Below, one piece after another: positions 18,843 through 28,178 of a stretch of 60,485 nucleotides of DNA. A model generated the notes under the pieces. It saw nothing but the letters and a program-made list of their open reading frames with translations. It did no database searches and had not been told where the DNA came from. Both the position numbers and the translations under genes were made by a program. Origin of the DNA: a virus (Duplodnaviria; Caudoviricetes); IMG/VR virus record IMGVR_UViG_3300022074_004529, positions 1 to 60,485 of that record. One strand, written 5' to 3'. Positions within the stretch are counted from its first letter, which is position 1. Each line of letters begins with the position of its first letter.

Positions 18843-19828
18843 GTTGCATACCCCTTGTTCAAATATTCTGCATGATCTGTTGCATTTTTACTGACATTGT
18901 CTAGACTGTGTTTACCACAGAACTTCATAAAGTGTATACCAACCTGTGCCTTCTTATCCTTCTGCACTTGCTCTACAATAGCCTCATCGAGTGTTGCCTT
19001 AACATCCTCAGGCTGTGCAGTCAAATCAATTAGATGCAAGTTACGTTGATAGTCCTCAAGTACACGATGCTCTACATTCTCATGATCAACCCAACGTTGT
19101 AGCATAAAGTTATTCCAATTAAAACCTTTTGTGTTGCGATCTTCAAATGCTTCTAGCATACCTACTTTGTTCTTTGTGCCTTTCTTACGAGCACCAGGAC
19201 ATGCACTAAAGATATTATCACTAGTGTCACCACGTATACACTTCTCAAACAACAACCACTCTGGATCACCTATTTGCTTAGGCTCCTTAGTCTTCTTATC
19301 AATTACAGGCTTACCCTTATCATTGTATACACCATCAACAGTAATAAGCTCTTGTGTAATACCGTTATACTGTTTTACATTAGGTGCAAGTAACTGATAG
19401 AAGTCACTATCACTGCTTACAATAATGTGATTATCTTTTGGATGGTTCTGTATCCAACGTGCAATAAAGTCATCTGCTTCTACATTACCTTGTTGCAATA
19501 CAGTACAGTTTGTTTTATCTCTAAAGAAGTCTTGCAACTCATTAAAGGCGTCCCAGAACTGTGTATCTTCTTCTTGCTCACGTTCTGTCTTAGCCGCAAT
19601 AACTGCCTGCCTGTTACGTTTGTAAGGTTCATAGAAGTCTTTACGCCAACTACGACCTTCTAGTGCAATAACAACATGTGTGCCTTTTTGTTCACGCCAC
19701 ACTTTGTTAATACTGTTGAACATAATATGATAGCTCATACCAATCTTTGTATACATATCATCACCACGTACTACATGGCGAGCTCTCATAAACATATTGG
19801 CAGTATCAACTAGAATGTAAGTCTGCAT
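18839..19828 (-). CDS. rnh: T4-type RNase H / 5'-3' exonuclease (PIN/FEN fold)
   Basis: ILVD, SWRK..Y..YK, EADD, SSDSDF, GDTSDNI. Confidence 0.9.
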   Translation of the reverse strand: MQTYILVDTANMFMRARHVVRGDDMYTKIGMSYHIMFNSINKVWREQKGTHVVIALEGRSWRKDFYEPYKRNRQAVIAAKTEREQEEDTQFWDAFNELQDFFRDKTNCTVLQQGNVEADDFIARWIQNHPKDNHIIVSSDSDFYQLLAPNVKQYNGITQELITVDGVYNDKGKPVIDKKTKEPKQIGDPEWLLFEKCIRGDTSDNIFSACPGARKKGTKNKVGMLEAFEDRNTKGFNWNNFMLQRWVDHENVEHRVLEDYQRNLHLIDLTAQPEDVKATLDEAIVEQVQKDKKAQVGIHFMKFCGKHSLDNVSKNATDHAEYLNKGYAT

Positions 19829-20046
19829 TATATTAGTCCTAACTGTTTACGTAGTTTTGTAATTTGTGTACGAGACATTGCTTTTCCATGTTGCATAATA
19901 TACTGTGTTTGTATTGCAACAGACTTATAGCGAGGATCTTGTCCTTCTTCTACTTTTACTAAGTCTGAGAAACTAGCAGGATACAAACCTGCTTTTGCTA
20001 CAATGTGAGATGCGATTTGCTCTGAGCGTTGTTGTAACTTTTGCAT
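19828..20046 (-). CDS. Hypothetical protein (start revised to MQKLQQ)
   Basis: SD AAGGA before ATG 20046; listed TTG start coincides with a -35 box. Confidence 0.55.
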   Translation of the reverse strand: MQKLQQRSEQIASHIVAKAGLYPASFSDLVKVEEGQDPRYKSVAIQTQYIMQHGKAMSRTQITKLRKQLGLI

Positions 20047-20077
20047 TTGTCTAGTCCTTTGTAAGTTCATAATATAT

Positions 20078-20106
20078 AATATAGCACTAAGTATGCCTAA
20101 TGTCAA
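20078..20106 (-). promoter_or_regulatory. sigma70-type promoter TTGACA-N17-TATATT
   Basis: Upstream of the small gene and rnh. Confidence 0.65.
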
Positions 20107-20779
20107 CTATTTCTTGCCAAGGCATCTTAACTAGATATTGCATTGAAGGATCGGTTATTCTGTTGTACCAGTTATACTGATCAACAACCGTATCAAAATG
20201 TTTTGTGTGTTTGAGTAATCGTTCTGGAAAGTCACTATAGTCTTTGTTTAAAACCTTGCCAACATTTATCCAGTTTACGTCTATTTCTTGCCTTGCTTGA
20301 GTCTCTACTTCATGCTTTGTAGCAACTCGCATAGCAACCTCTTCCATTTTAGGTCTTACATTATAGTCTAGATCCTCAGCGGCATCTTCTGAAAACTCCA
20401 TCATTGCAAAATGGAAACGAGTTTCAGGATAATTTTCCATGTCTAAATAACTACAAAAAATATTGCCATCAAGATCCTTGTAAATATCTTTCATGACTTC
20501 ATAGGTTACATTAACATAGAAAGGAGTATGTTCAAATTCGTTTATAATGTTGGGGGTTGTGGCATTTCTAACTACATCATTATAATGATCTAGAGTAACT
20601 GAGTCAATACAACGATAACTCTTAAGTCCTACCCAATCATCATTATGCCTAGCATATAAACCATAAATGCCTGGGTACAATTCCCATTCAGTATGGCTTT
20701 CGCCGTTTAAGCCTGCATGTAGTAGTTTAGACACAAGTTCATTTAAACTGTGTCCTGGACCAACTACTAAGTCTCTCAT
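20087..20779 (-). CDS. Hypothetical protein
   Basis: 230-aa ORF, ATGA-coupled. Confidence 0.6.
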   Translation of the reverse strand: MRDLVVGPGHSLNELVSKLLHAGLNGESHTEWELYPGIYGLYARHNDDWVGLKSYRCIDSVTLDHYNDVVRNATTPNIINEFEHTPFYVNVTYEVMKDIYKDLDGNIFCSYLDMENYPETRFHFAMMEFSEDAAEDLDYNVRPKMEEVAMRVATKHEVETQARQEIDVNWINVGKVLNKDYSDFPERLLKHTKHFDTVVDQYNWYNRITDPSMQYLVKMPWQEIVDIRHT

Positions 20780-21069
20780 GTAATGAATTCGTCTTCAGCG
20801 CCAATGCCACGACAGAGCTGAGTAAACCAACTGTCAACAATCTCTTCTTGCGAAGTACCTTGATAGCCGGCTTTACGAAGATTCTCTACAAATATTTCAT
20901 TCCACTCTAGCTCAAAGTAACCGTCAGCTGGATTATCTTTATCAAAGTTAACACTAATAACTTCTACAAACGGTTCTTTTCTTGCTGTCGCTTGTGCTTT
21001 TTTGTCTAGTATTTCTTTAGGTACTTCAGCATCTTTTTTGCCGAACATCCTTTTTACTTCTTTCCACAT
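20776..21069 (-). CDS. Hypothetical phage protein
   Basis: GYFELEWNEIFV..L..AGY...EEIVDSWF. Confidence 0.65.
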   Translation of the reverse strand: MWKEVKRMFGKKDAEVPKEILDKKAQATARKEPFVEVISVNFDKDNPADGYFELEWNEIFVENLRKAGYQGTSQEEIVDSWFTQLCRGIGAEDEFIT

Positions 21070-21070
21070 A

Positions 21071-22153
21071 TTACCATCCTATCTTTTCCCAAGGAACATC
21101 CTTGTTACCAAAGTGTCCAAAAGTACAATTTGCACTGTACTCATAGTATTTAAACAGATCAAACTTATCTATTATACCTTTGGGTGTTAAATCAATGTTA
21201 TCACGAATAAACTTTTGGATACTACGATTGTGTCCATTTGAATCTACATAAATTGATGTAGGTTCTTTTACTCCGATAGCATATGATAATTGAATCTGGC
21301 ACCAATCTGCCATGTCATCTGCTACTACATTTTTCGCGAGCCATCTCGCCATGTAGGCCGCCGATCTGTCGACTTTTGTTGGATCCTTTCCACTAAAAGC
21401 CCCACCGCCATGGGGAGCAAACCCACCATAAGTATCAACGATAATCTTACGCCCGGTGACTCCGGTGTCGCCATCAGGACCACCAACAACAAACTTGCCT
21501 GTAGGATTGATATGCCAGATAGTGTCATTGTCTATTAGTTCCCCCAAGGTTTCTTCAGCGGCGTTTTTCAACGGCATCTTAATGCTATGATGAAAGCCAT
21601 CCTTATGTTGACTACTTATCACAATTTGATCAACACGGGTAGGTTTACCACCTACATACTGAATACTTACTTGTGACTTTGCATCAGGCAGTACATACTC
21701 ATATCCACCTTCTCGCATCTCTTTTAATTTTTTTAGGATCTCATGTGAGTAATAAATTGGTGCTGGCAAGTAAGCATCATTTTCATTACTTGCATAACCA
21801 AACATAATACCTTGGTCACCTGCACCAAAGTCATCTGTTCCTAGTCCAATATCACCACTCTGTGAGTGAATTTTGTTTACAAACTCTAACTTCTCCCAAT
21901 GGAATCCGTCCTGTTCGTATCCTATTTCTTTAACTTTATTACGGACAATCTCTTCTACATTATCCACGTTAAAGTTTTTTACTTCGCCCGCTACCGTTAC
22001 ATGGTTAGTGGTTACAAGTGTCTCTACTGCTACACGACTAGTCTCGTCACCGTTCTCAAGTCCAGCATCAACTAGTGCATCACTAATTTGATCTGCTACT
22101 TTATCTGGGTGTCCGTCGCTAACACTTTCGCTCGTAAAAATAAAGTTATTCAT
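21071..22153 (-). CDS. metK: S-adenosylmethionine synthetase
   Basis: FTSESVSDGHPDK, GAGDQG, GGGAFSGKDPTKVDRS. Confidence 0.97.
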   Translation of the reverse strand: MNNFIFTSESVSDGHPDKVADQISDALVDAGLENGDETSRVAVETLVTTNHVTVAGEVKNFNVDNVEEIVRNKVKEIGYEQDGFHWEKLEFVNKIHSQSGDIGLGTDDFGAGDQGIMFGYASNENDAYLPAPIYYSHEILKKLKEMREGGYEYVLPDAKSQVSIQYVGGKPTRVDQIVISSQHKDGFHHSIKMPLKNAAEETLGELIDNDTIWHINPTGKFVVGGPDGDTGVTGRKIIVDTYGGFAPHGGGAFSGKDPTKVDRSAAYMARWLAKNVVADDMADWCQIQLSYAIGVKEPTSIYVDSNGHNRSIQKFIRDNIDLTPKGIIDKFDLFKYYEYSANCTFGHFGNKDVPWEKIGW

Positions 22154-22256
22154 AAATTACCATCCTGCTTTTCTGATTTGATCTGTCTTATCAATAGGAG
22201 CATTCATTGCTCTTTTGTGCTGATCATTTTTGTAATGCTTTTTAGGCATGCCTATA

Positions 22257-23153
22257 CTAGGTTCCCCAGGCATTTCCGAATAGGCTGATGTGTAGCCTTG
22301 GGGTAAATCTCCAGCCTTTTTCCATGCAGATTTCTGCAACTTCCTTGACGTTAAGATTGTATTCTTCCGATCTACCACCCAACGGCATGAGATACACAGG
22401 GCATTCCAAACCTGCTTTACGATATTCATCAACTGCTCTACCAGCTTCTTCAATATCAATCCTGTCAGCCACAACAAATTTGAGATAAATGTCGCTACCA
22501 GGTACACTGCTATAACTAACAGCCACATCAGGCTTAATAGCATCTGCCCAAGACTCTCCGCTAACAGATAGCTTTGGGGAGCAAGACCAAGTGACTGTAA
22601 TCCTTCCTGTATTCGCGAAGTAATCTGCGAGTTCAGGGTAGAGATTTTGTGTGGTATTTGTTTCAAAAGTAACATTTTTTAAGTCCCTCATCCTTTCGTG
22701 TTCAAATAGTTCCACGTAAAGTCTTTGCCATGCAAGCAACGGTTCACCACCTGTAATGATTAGATGTACATCTTGTCCATTGTCCTGTACCCATTTACCA
22801 TTGGGTGTGAGACTGAGCAGATGTTCTACTACATCTTCAACTGTGGCTTGCCTATTGAAATGCTTGAACTCAGGATAGATACTTGCATACGTATCACACC
22901 CTGTGTGTATAATTGGCAAATCTTCAAATGTTTCTGTAGTTTTGTCAATGCCATCATCTATGAGAGCTTTGACTTCATCGTTGTATCTGTTGCCCATTCT
23001 ATGTTTTGCTTCTCTGCTAGGCTCATTTCTGTCTAGCCCGAAGTTCATACAACGGAAGTTACAACCGAATGTACGTAGGAATACACTGGGTACTCCTACA
23101 AATTTGCCTTCGCCTTGTACACTGTAAAAGGCTTCGCTATATCTTAATTTCAT
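22257..23153 (-). CDS. queE: 7-carboxy-7-deazaguanine synthase (radical SAM); start revised to MKLRYSE
   Basis: EAFYSVQGEG, FLRTFGCNFRC...GCDT (insertion-split Cys motif), ITGGEP, SPKL, RLH. Confidence 0.9.
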   Translation of the reverse strand: MKLRYSEAFYSVQGEGKFVGVPSVFLRTFGCNFRCMNFGLDRNEPSREAKHRMGNRYNDEVKALIDDGIDKTTETFEDLPIIHTGCDTYASIYPEFKHFNRQATVEDVVEHLLSLTPNGKWVQDNGQDVHLIITGGEPLLAWQRLYVELFEHERMRDLKNVTFETNTTQNLYPELADYFANTGRITVTWSCSPKLSVSGESWADAIKPDVAVSYSSVPGSDIYLKFVVADRIDIEEAGRAVDEYRKAGLECPVYLMPLGGRSEEYNLNVKEVAEICMEKGWRFTPRLHISLFGNAWGT

Positions 23154-23296
23154 TAAAAGAACCTGTCTATAAGTGCTATAACCACTTGATATCCCATCCA
23201 TAAAAATACGAGTGAGATACAAAACTTTAGGAATTTATTCATTCCATCATCAGACATCTTTTCCCAATGAGGTCTGTTATCTGGCCTACCAAACAT
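23153..23296 (-). CDS. Small membrane protein (47 aa)
   Basis: Manual: MFGRPDNRPHWEKMSDDGMNKFLKFCISLVFLWMGYQVVIALIDRFF; TAATG-coupled at both ends. Confidence 0.55.
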   Translation of the reverse strand: MFGRPDNRPHWEKMSDDGMNKFLKFCISLVFLWMGYQVVIALIDRFF

Positions 23297-23412
23297 TAAG
23301 ACACCTGTACTGCAATGTAAACACACAATGCGATAATAGTTAATTTACCATAGTCTAGATCGGCGGCTGTGCCTTCACCATACTTCTTTTTAAATGCTTC
23401 TATCGTTTTCAT
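23296..23412 (-). CDS. Small protein (38 aa) with hydrophobic C-terminus
   Basis: Manual: MKTIEAFKKKYGEGTAADLDYGKLTIIALCVYIAVQVS; SD GGAG; promoter upstream. Confidence 0.55.
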   Translation of the reverse strand: MKTIEAFKKKYGEGTAADLDYGKLTIIALCVYIAVQVS

Positions 23413-23444
23413 AATTTACTCCATGTAAGATTAACATACTGATT

Positions 23445-23473
23445 ATAGTACTATAATTATTGTTGTTTGTCAA
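23445..23473 (-). promoter_or_regulatory. sigma70-type promoter TTGACA-N17-TACTAT overlapped by a perfect 16-bp palindrome
   Basis: attatagtactataat at 23442-23457. Confidence 0.65.
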
Positions 23474-24225
23474 GTACTTCTCCATTGTTTGTTTAAATCA
23501 TTTACGAATGTAAGTATAGGGTGCTTTACATCCTTTAATATTGCATCTACATCTTTGGGGAAACATGCTCCAGCATATCCTAGTTCACCATCTTCATTGG
23601 GTGCTTTCATATGACTTGGGCCTATGTTTTCAAACCCTGCTAGTATATCAGTTAGCTCTTCAAAATTACCATGTTCTGGCATTGCTTCATATAAATTATG
23701 AAAGAATGCAACCTTTGTGGCAAGCCAACTATTGTGAATATACTTAACAAGACTGGCAGTTACCCTATCAGTCTTTACAAATTCAAGTTGTTTAAAGGCA
23801 CCATAGAATATATCAATCCACCAGTCTGCTTGGTCCTCTGCATTCTCATGGTGTCCTATAATCATTCTGTCCTGTTTTGCAAAATCCTCTTTAGCATGGT
23901 TTTGTCTTAAAAACTCAGGACAATAGACAACGTTTGGTTCATATGTATTTATGAGGTTTGGTGTTACACTACTTTTGATCATTATACGTGATCTATAATC
24001 ACACATGTCAACAATAGTTCTGACTATTCTATCATCACAAGAGCCCCTAGGTCCTGGTGGAGTAGGTACGCAGATTATAATACCATCTGCTTCTGTAATG
24101 CAATCTATAGGATCGTTGTTAAAATACTTAGGATCAACTATTGTAACATCATGTAGTGTATTACTAATTAAGAATTGAGCTACAGTACTACCTACAAACC
24201 CATTACCAAAAATACATATTTTCAT
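23470..24225 (-). CDS. ugd: UDP-glucose/GDP-mannose dehydrogenase family (short form)
   Basis: GNGFVG, ICVPTP, IKSS, PEFLR, K...N..LATKVAF, GYAGACFPKD. Confidence 0.85.
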   Translation of the reverse strand: MKICIFGNGFVGSTVAQFLISNTLHDVTIVDPKYFNNDPIDCITEADGIIICVPTPPGPRGSCDDRIVRTIVDMCDYRSRIMIKSSVTPNLINTYEPNVVYCPEFLRQNHAKEDFAKQDRMIIGHHENAEDQADWWIDIFYGAFKQLEFVKTDRVTASLVKYIHNSWLATKVAFFHNLYEAMPEHGNFEELTDILAGFENIGPSHMKAPNEDGELGYAGACFPKDVDAILKDVKHPILTFVNDLNKQWRST

Positions 24226-24404
24226 TTAATCTTTCTGTATACTTTGCCTCGGAATCTACTAGAATCATCAAACTCTTTGAGTCCTCTTGCTTTTTCCTCG
24301 TCTGTTTTTAAATGCCAGAAATGGAAATTCTTTTCTAGCTCTTTTTGTGTTGCTTCATCACTGCTAAGGTTAGAGTAATCTCTCTCAAACTTTTTCCTCT
24401 TCAT
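24222..24404 (-). CDS. Hypothetical small basic protein
   Basis: Tiles operon, ATGA overlap. Confidence 0.5.
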   Translation of the reverse strand: MKRKKFERDYSNLSSDEATQKELEKNFHFWHLKTDEEKARGLKEFDDSSRFRGKVYRKIK

Positions 24405-24885
24405 TGTTTTTATCTTTATCTGGGGCTTGGAAGCCTGGTTTAATTTTTAGGTTTTTATCTTGGGCCTCCCGCTCTGCTTTTTTCTGTAGACTTAGCTTGT
24501 CCTTCATACTCATTACATAAGCCGCACCAGCAAGCAATACAATCGCTCCTGCTTCTGCTACTAACACAAGAGGGTCTGCCTCTTTGGAGTGTAGCACAAT
24601 CAGTCTACATAACGCTGTCATTGCAATAATGATAGGTAATGTAACAGGTATTCTATTACTTATATAAAAGGCACCAACCATGCCCACAATTTCTGCATAA
24701 ATGAATAGTAGGAAGAGGTCTGCAAGTTCTACTTTCATATCAGCAAGCATTTCATAAATATCCATACCAGCCGCAAACATTGTAAGGGCACCAATTACTG
24801 CCAGCAAAAGTTTCTCACTATAGAACGTTGTCCAATGTAAACTTTTGTCTAGTTTTTCTCTTTTGTTTTCAAAATTAAATATCAT
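24385..24885 (-). CDS. psiE: Phosphate-starvation-inducible PsiE family membrane protein
   Basis: Four hydrophobic segments; LADLFLLFIYAE, RIPVTLPIIIAMTALCRLIVL. Confidence 0.8.
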   Translation of the reverse strand: MIFNFENKREKLDKSLHWTTFYSEKLLLAVIGALTMFAAGMDIYEMLADMKVELADLFLLFIYAEIVGMVGAFYISNRIPVTLPIIIAMTALCRLIVLHSKEADPLVLVAEAGAIVLLAGAAYVMSMKDKLSLQKKAEREAQDKNLKIKPGFQAPDKDKNNEEEKV

Positions 24886-25334
24886 CCTTCAGGCCAATCT
24901 TCATGTTTCATGTCTGGGTTAAATGTAATACTTCCCTCACACTGTTGTTCAAAGGGATCTTTAGAGAAATCTGCTGTCTTAAATGCACTATCAGGTGGTG
25001 GTGTATCTAATAGTGTTTGATCATCTTTGTAGTCTTTGCTAGGCCCGCTAAACATTTCAACAACGTTTGGTACTGCGGCTACTACATAATGCTTATCAAT
25101 ATAAAAGCCAATTGGTTCAAGTGCCTGTCTAATTTGTTCTGTAATTTCACCAGGACCATATACCCAACCCATATCTTCTCTGTGTGGCACTTCTCTAATA
25201 CAGATACTTACTTGTCCTGTTTTAGTCATTGCACGTTTAAAAACTTCCGTATCTTCCTTAGTCCAAGGATTAAAGATACCCAGCATCATTACTGTTTCAC
25301 CCTTGTACTGAAATTTAGAATCTCTATCTGCCAT
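24882..25334 (-). CDS. Degenerate cytidylyltransferase-like domain protein
   Basis: MLGIFNPW..., KTGQVSICIR, VPNV; HxGH replaced. Confidence 0.4.
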   Translation of the reverse strand: MADRDSKFQYKGETVMMLGIFNPWTKEDTEVFKRAMTKTGQVSICIREVPHREDMGWVYGPGEITEQIRQALEPIGFYIDKHYVVAAVPNVVEMFSGPSKDYKDDQTLLDTPPPDSAFKTADFSKDPFEQQCEGSITFNPDMKHEDWPEG

Positions 25335-25517
25335 CTAGTCCTCCTTTTTTCTAATGCTATAGCCGTGATCTAGCTCTTCCCATATAAGAGTATCACCAGT
25401 ATCCCAACCAACTTGATCAAGTGCATCTGGTGGGAACTCTACAAAGAGCTCTTTAGTCTTACCATTTTCTTGTACAGTTACAATCCAACTATTGTCACCA
25501 GTCTTTTGATATTTCAT
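25335..25517 (-). CDS. AbrB/MazE-like swapped-hairpin protein
   Basis: FPPDALDQVGWDTGDTLIW. Confidence 0.6.
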   Translation of the reverse strand: MKYQKTGDNSWIVTVQENGKTKELFVEFPPDALDQVGWDTGDTLIWEELDHGYSIRKKED

Positions 25518-25879
25518 TTCTTTTTCCCATGTGGAGCAGGCTTGCCATCAGGACCCAAGTTAACAAATACAATACTATCTACACTTGTAATAGTTCTTTC
25601 TGTACGTTTGTTTCTTACATCACATTTGATAGTGATACTTGTGTGTCCTAACTTAACTGTCTCCATTCCTATTTCAATAATGTCACCACGTATAGCACTG
25701 TGTTTAAAATCAATGTTACTCATGCTACGTGTAACAACTCTATCATTATCTAATTGGCAACTACAATAAATGTATGCCTCTTCATCAATCCAGTCTAATA
25801 CTCTGCCACCAAACAATGTGCCATTACTATTAAGATCCTTATGGGCAATCATCTTTCGTGTAAAGTACTTCATCTTCAT
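25514..25879 (-). CDS. Acyl-CoA thioesterase (HotDog fold)
   Basis: DLNSNGTLFGGRVLDWIDE, IDFK, GHTSI, VFV..DGKP. Confidence 0.9.
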   Translation of the reverse strand: MKMKYFTRKMIAHKDLNSNGTLFGGRVLDWIDEEAYIYCSCQLDNDRVVTRSMSNIDFKHSAIRGDIIEIGMETVKLGHTSITIKCDVRNKRTERTITSVDSIVFVNLGPDGKPAPHGKKK

Positions 25880-26496
25880 TTAGGTTCCCAATGCTCATGG
25901 CATCTCGGTTCATAATCATCAACACCACCTATTGCTACACGTGATGTCTTTCTACTAAGCCGTTGTGTCTTGGCCGCATCCTTACCACATATGTTACAGA
26001 AGGCACGAATTTTTAACACTTCATCTGCTAGTGCTAATAACCTTGCGGTTGATTCAAATGGTACGCCTCTGCTATCCTGATCAAGTCCTGCAACTACTAC
26101 ATTAACGCCATTGCGTAGAGCTTCTTCAACGAACCATATAGATTCTTTTGCATCAAAGAACTGTACTTCATCAATAAAAACTGTATGAAAATTATACGGC
26201 ATAATTGTATAATTGTCTTTTACAAGTTCTAAATCAATAACTGCTATTGCTTCATGGCTTAAATGGTTGTGAGTTACAATGTTCTTAACATCGTACCTAT
26301 CATCAATATGTGGTTTAATCGCTAGTACTGGTTTACCACTATGTTCTAAAAATAATAAACGTTTAAGTAGTTCACTGCTTTTACCGGCAAACATAGGTCC
26401 ACTAATTACTTCTAGTTTACCACGAGGGTAACCTCTACCTACGCCCGAAGCTTCATCAACATCTTCGGGTATGTTAAAGATCATTGAGTTGTTCAT
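25876..26496 (-). CDS. tdk: Thymidine kinase
   Basis: GPMFAGKS, IDEVQFF, AGLD, CNICG, YEPRC..H. Confidence 0.95.
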   Translation of the reverse strand: MNNSMIFNIPEDVDEASGVGRGYPRGKLEVISGPMFAGKSSELLKRLLFLEHSGKPVLAIKPHIDDRYDVKNIVTHNHLSHEAIAVIDLELVKDNYTIMPYNFHTVFIDEVQFFDAKESIWFVEEALRNGVNVVVAGLDQDSRGVPFESTARLLALADEVLKIRAFCNICGKDAAKTQRLSRKTSRVAIGGVDDYEPRCHEHWEPK

Positions 26497-27059
26497 GATT
26501 CATACATCAAGTAGCCGTAGCCTTTGCCCGTAGTATCACCGCCCATGTCATTATATACTTCTTCATTATTATATTCAACTTGGTCAATGAATACTTCATT
26601 ATCAATATTGCTTGCAAAAAACTTCAGCTTGGCTGGATCAAATTTATCTGTTACAAATTCACCGCCAAAGAAAGTACCTTTCTCTGAACTCCAACCTTTG
26701 AATACATATCCTTCATGTTCGCCTGGATCATAAAACTCTGTCTTTTCACTTTCTGGATCATCAGTTGTCCATACTTCGTTGCCATCTTCATCTGTTACTG
26801 TAACAGTACAGTTATCCTGAAGTGCTGAACAACAATGTACAATATCATCTATCTCATACCAGTTACCTAAGAATCTAGGATCTTCATCATCAGTTACAGG
26901 ATTACCTTCCTCGTCGCTCCAAGGATCCCAAAACAAATGACTGTGAAGTTCTTCAGACTCTCTATCAGCATGATCAATCCAAAAATCATATTGGGCTTTA
27001 GTGAGCTTGCCCATAACAATCTCTCCACCGTAGCCTCTAATTTCTATTTCATACTTCAT
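26493..27059 (-). CDS. Highly acidic hypothetical phage protein
   Basis: GYGGE, SSEKGTFF, FDPAKL, DTTGKG. Confidence 0.65.
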   Translation of the reverse strand: MKYEIEIRGYGGEIVMGKLTKAQYDFWIDHADRESEELHSHLFWDPWSDEEGNPVTDDEDPRFLGNWYEIDDIVHCCSALQDNCTVTVTDEDGNEVWTTDDPESEKTEFYDPGEHEGYVFKGWSSEKGTFFGGEFVTDKFDPAKLKFFASNIDNEVFIDQVEYNNEEVYNDMGGDTTGKGYGYLMYES

Positions 27060-27064
27060 TTTGC

Positions 27065-27271
27065 TTACTCCGCGAGTTTCCTTAACATAAGTTTGTGTTG
27101 TATGCGTGTTTCAATATTAAGAGCCTTTCGCTTTTCAGGATACATCTCACAAATTTCATCTATGATTTCACTAATAACTTCTAACCTTAGTGCTATGTCT
27201 TCATAAACAGATTCAAGATAATCTACCTGCATTTGTTGTTCGCTTTTGGCATCTTTGTTATTAAACAACAC
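27065..27271 (-). CDS. Hypothetical protein
   Basis: Tiles operon. Confidence 0.5.
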   Translation of the reverse strand: MLFNNKDAKSEQQMQVDYLESVYEDIALRLEVISEIIDEICEMYPEKRKALNIETRIQHKLMLRKLAE

Positions 27272-27795
27272 TAGTACTTACCATAGTCACGTTCACCTTC
27301 CCATGGAAACACAATCCAAACTGGATTTTCTTCTTTGTTAATTTCCAGGGCAGTATAATCAAGTGTATCAAAATTACTTACGGCATTGTCAATCAAACAG
27401 GCTGTTCTTACATTGTTACCCCAAGCATCATCTGCTCTCCAGTCTTCTCTAATCCAACTAAGAGTCTTGCCTGTATCATTAATATCATCTATAATAAGAA
27501 TGTTCTTTTTATAATGATCGCCTGTTACACCTTTAGGACCTTCGCCCCTAGCATCATGTGCCATCCAACCACTGGATTCAGGACCTGTATAGTTTCCACC
27601 AGTATCTCTAAATCTTACATCAAGTGCATACATTGGAATGCCTGTGCTATTAGATAAAATAGTGGCTGGAACCAATCCTCCGCGTGTTAGTCCTACTATA
27701 TAATCTGGTTTCCAGTTGTCCACGAACATGAGGTTATTAATAACCTGGATCATATGTTCAATATCTTTCCAGGTGTAATGTACTTTCTTAGTCAT
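27271..27795 (-). CDS. Type I phosphoribosyltransferase (gpt/xanthine-guanine PRT-like)
   Basis: GLTRGGLVPA, ILIIDDINDTGKT PRPP loop, WIVFPWE. Confidence 0.85.
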   Translation of the reverse strand: MTKKVHYTWKDIEHMIQVINNLMFVDNWKPDYIVGLTRGGLVPATILSNSTGIPMYALDVRFRDTGGNYTGPESSGWMAHDARGEGPKGVTGDHYKKNILIIDDINDTGKTLSWIREDWRADDAWGNNVRTACLIDNAVSNFDTLDYTALEINKEENPVWIVFPWEGERDYGKY

Positions 27796-27982
27796 TTTTA
27801 TTAACGCTTTCTATGATAGGTTTAAGTAATTCTTCAGCTTCAGGATATTCTTCATCCATACATTCAACAACCATATCAATGAGATCCAACTTAGTCATCT
27901 CATCATTAATATCAAAATTGAATGGTTCGTATGGTTGATTGAATATGAAGCTATAGCTCATATTATCAAATGGATCAGCCAT
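27788..27982 (-). CDS. Hypothetical protein
   Basis: Acidic 64-aa ORF, TAATG-coupled. Confidence 0.5.
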   Translation of the reverse strand: MADPFDNMSYSFIFNQPYEPFNFDINDEMTKLDLIDMVVECMDEEYPEAEELLKPIIESVNKND

Positions 27983-28161
27983 TACTTTTTACCTTTTTTG
28001 ATGGTTGCTTTCTTTTTAGGTGCGGCTTTTTTACGTGTCTTTTTTGGTGCCGCCTTAATTACTACAGGACTTGTAGTTGTGCCGTCTTTCTTTGGCTCCT
28101 CTAAATCTTTAACTGCTTCTTTGGGTGTAATACCCATTGCTTTTTTAAACCAATTTAACAT
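27982..28161 (-). CDS. Lys/Ala/Pro-rich histone-like small protein (59 aa)
   Basis: Manual: MLNWFKKAMG...KAAPKKTRKKAAPKKKATIKKGKK; SD AAGGAG. Confidence 0.65.
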   Translation of the reverse strand: MLNWFKKAMGITPKEAVKDLEEPKKDGTTTSPVVIKAAPKKTRKKAAPKKKATIKKGKK

Positions 28162-28178
28162 TATAATCTCCTTTAAGT

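Noticed and set aside
22157-22675. 172-aa alternative-frame ORF overlapping queE
   Set aside because: Mostly nested in queE with no motifs; at most the last 30 codons (MPKKHYK...) could be a real micro-ORF
23154-23222. N-terminal extension of QueE in the ORF track
   Set aside because: Overlaps a coupled 47-aa ORF; QueE homology starts at ATG 23153
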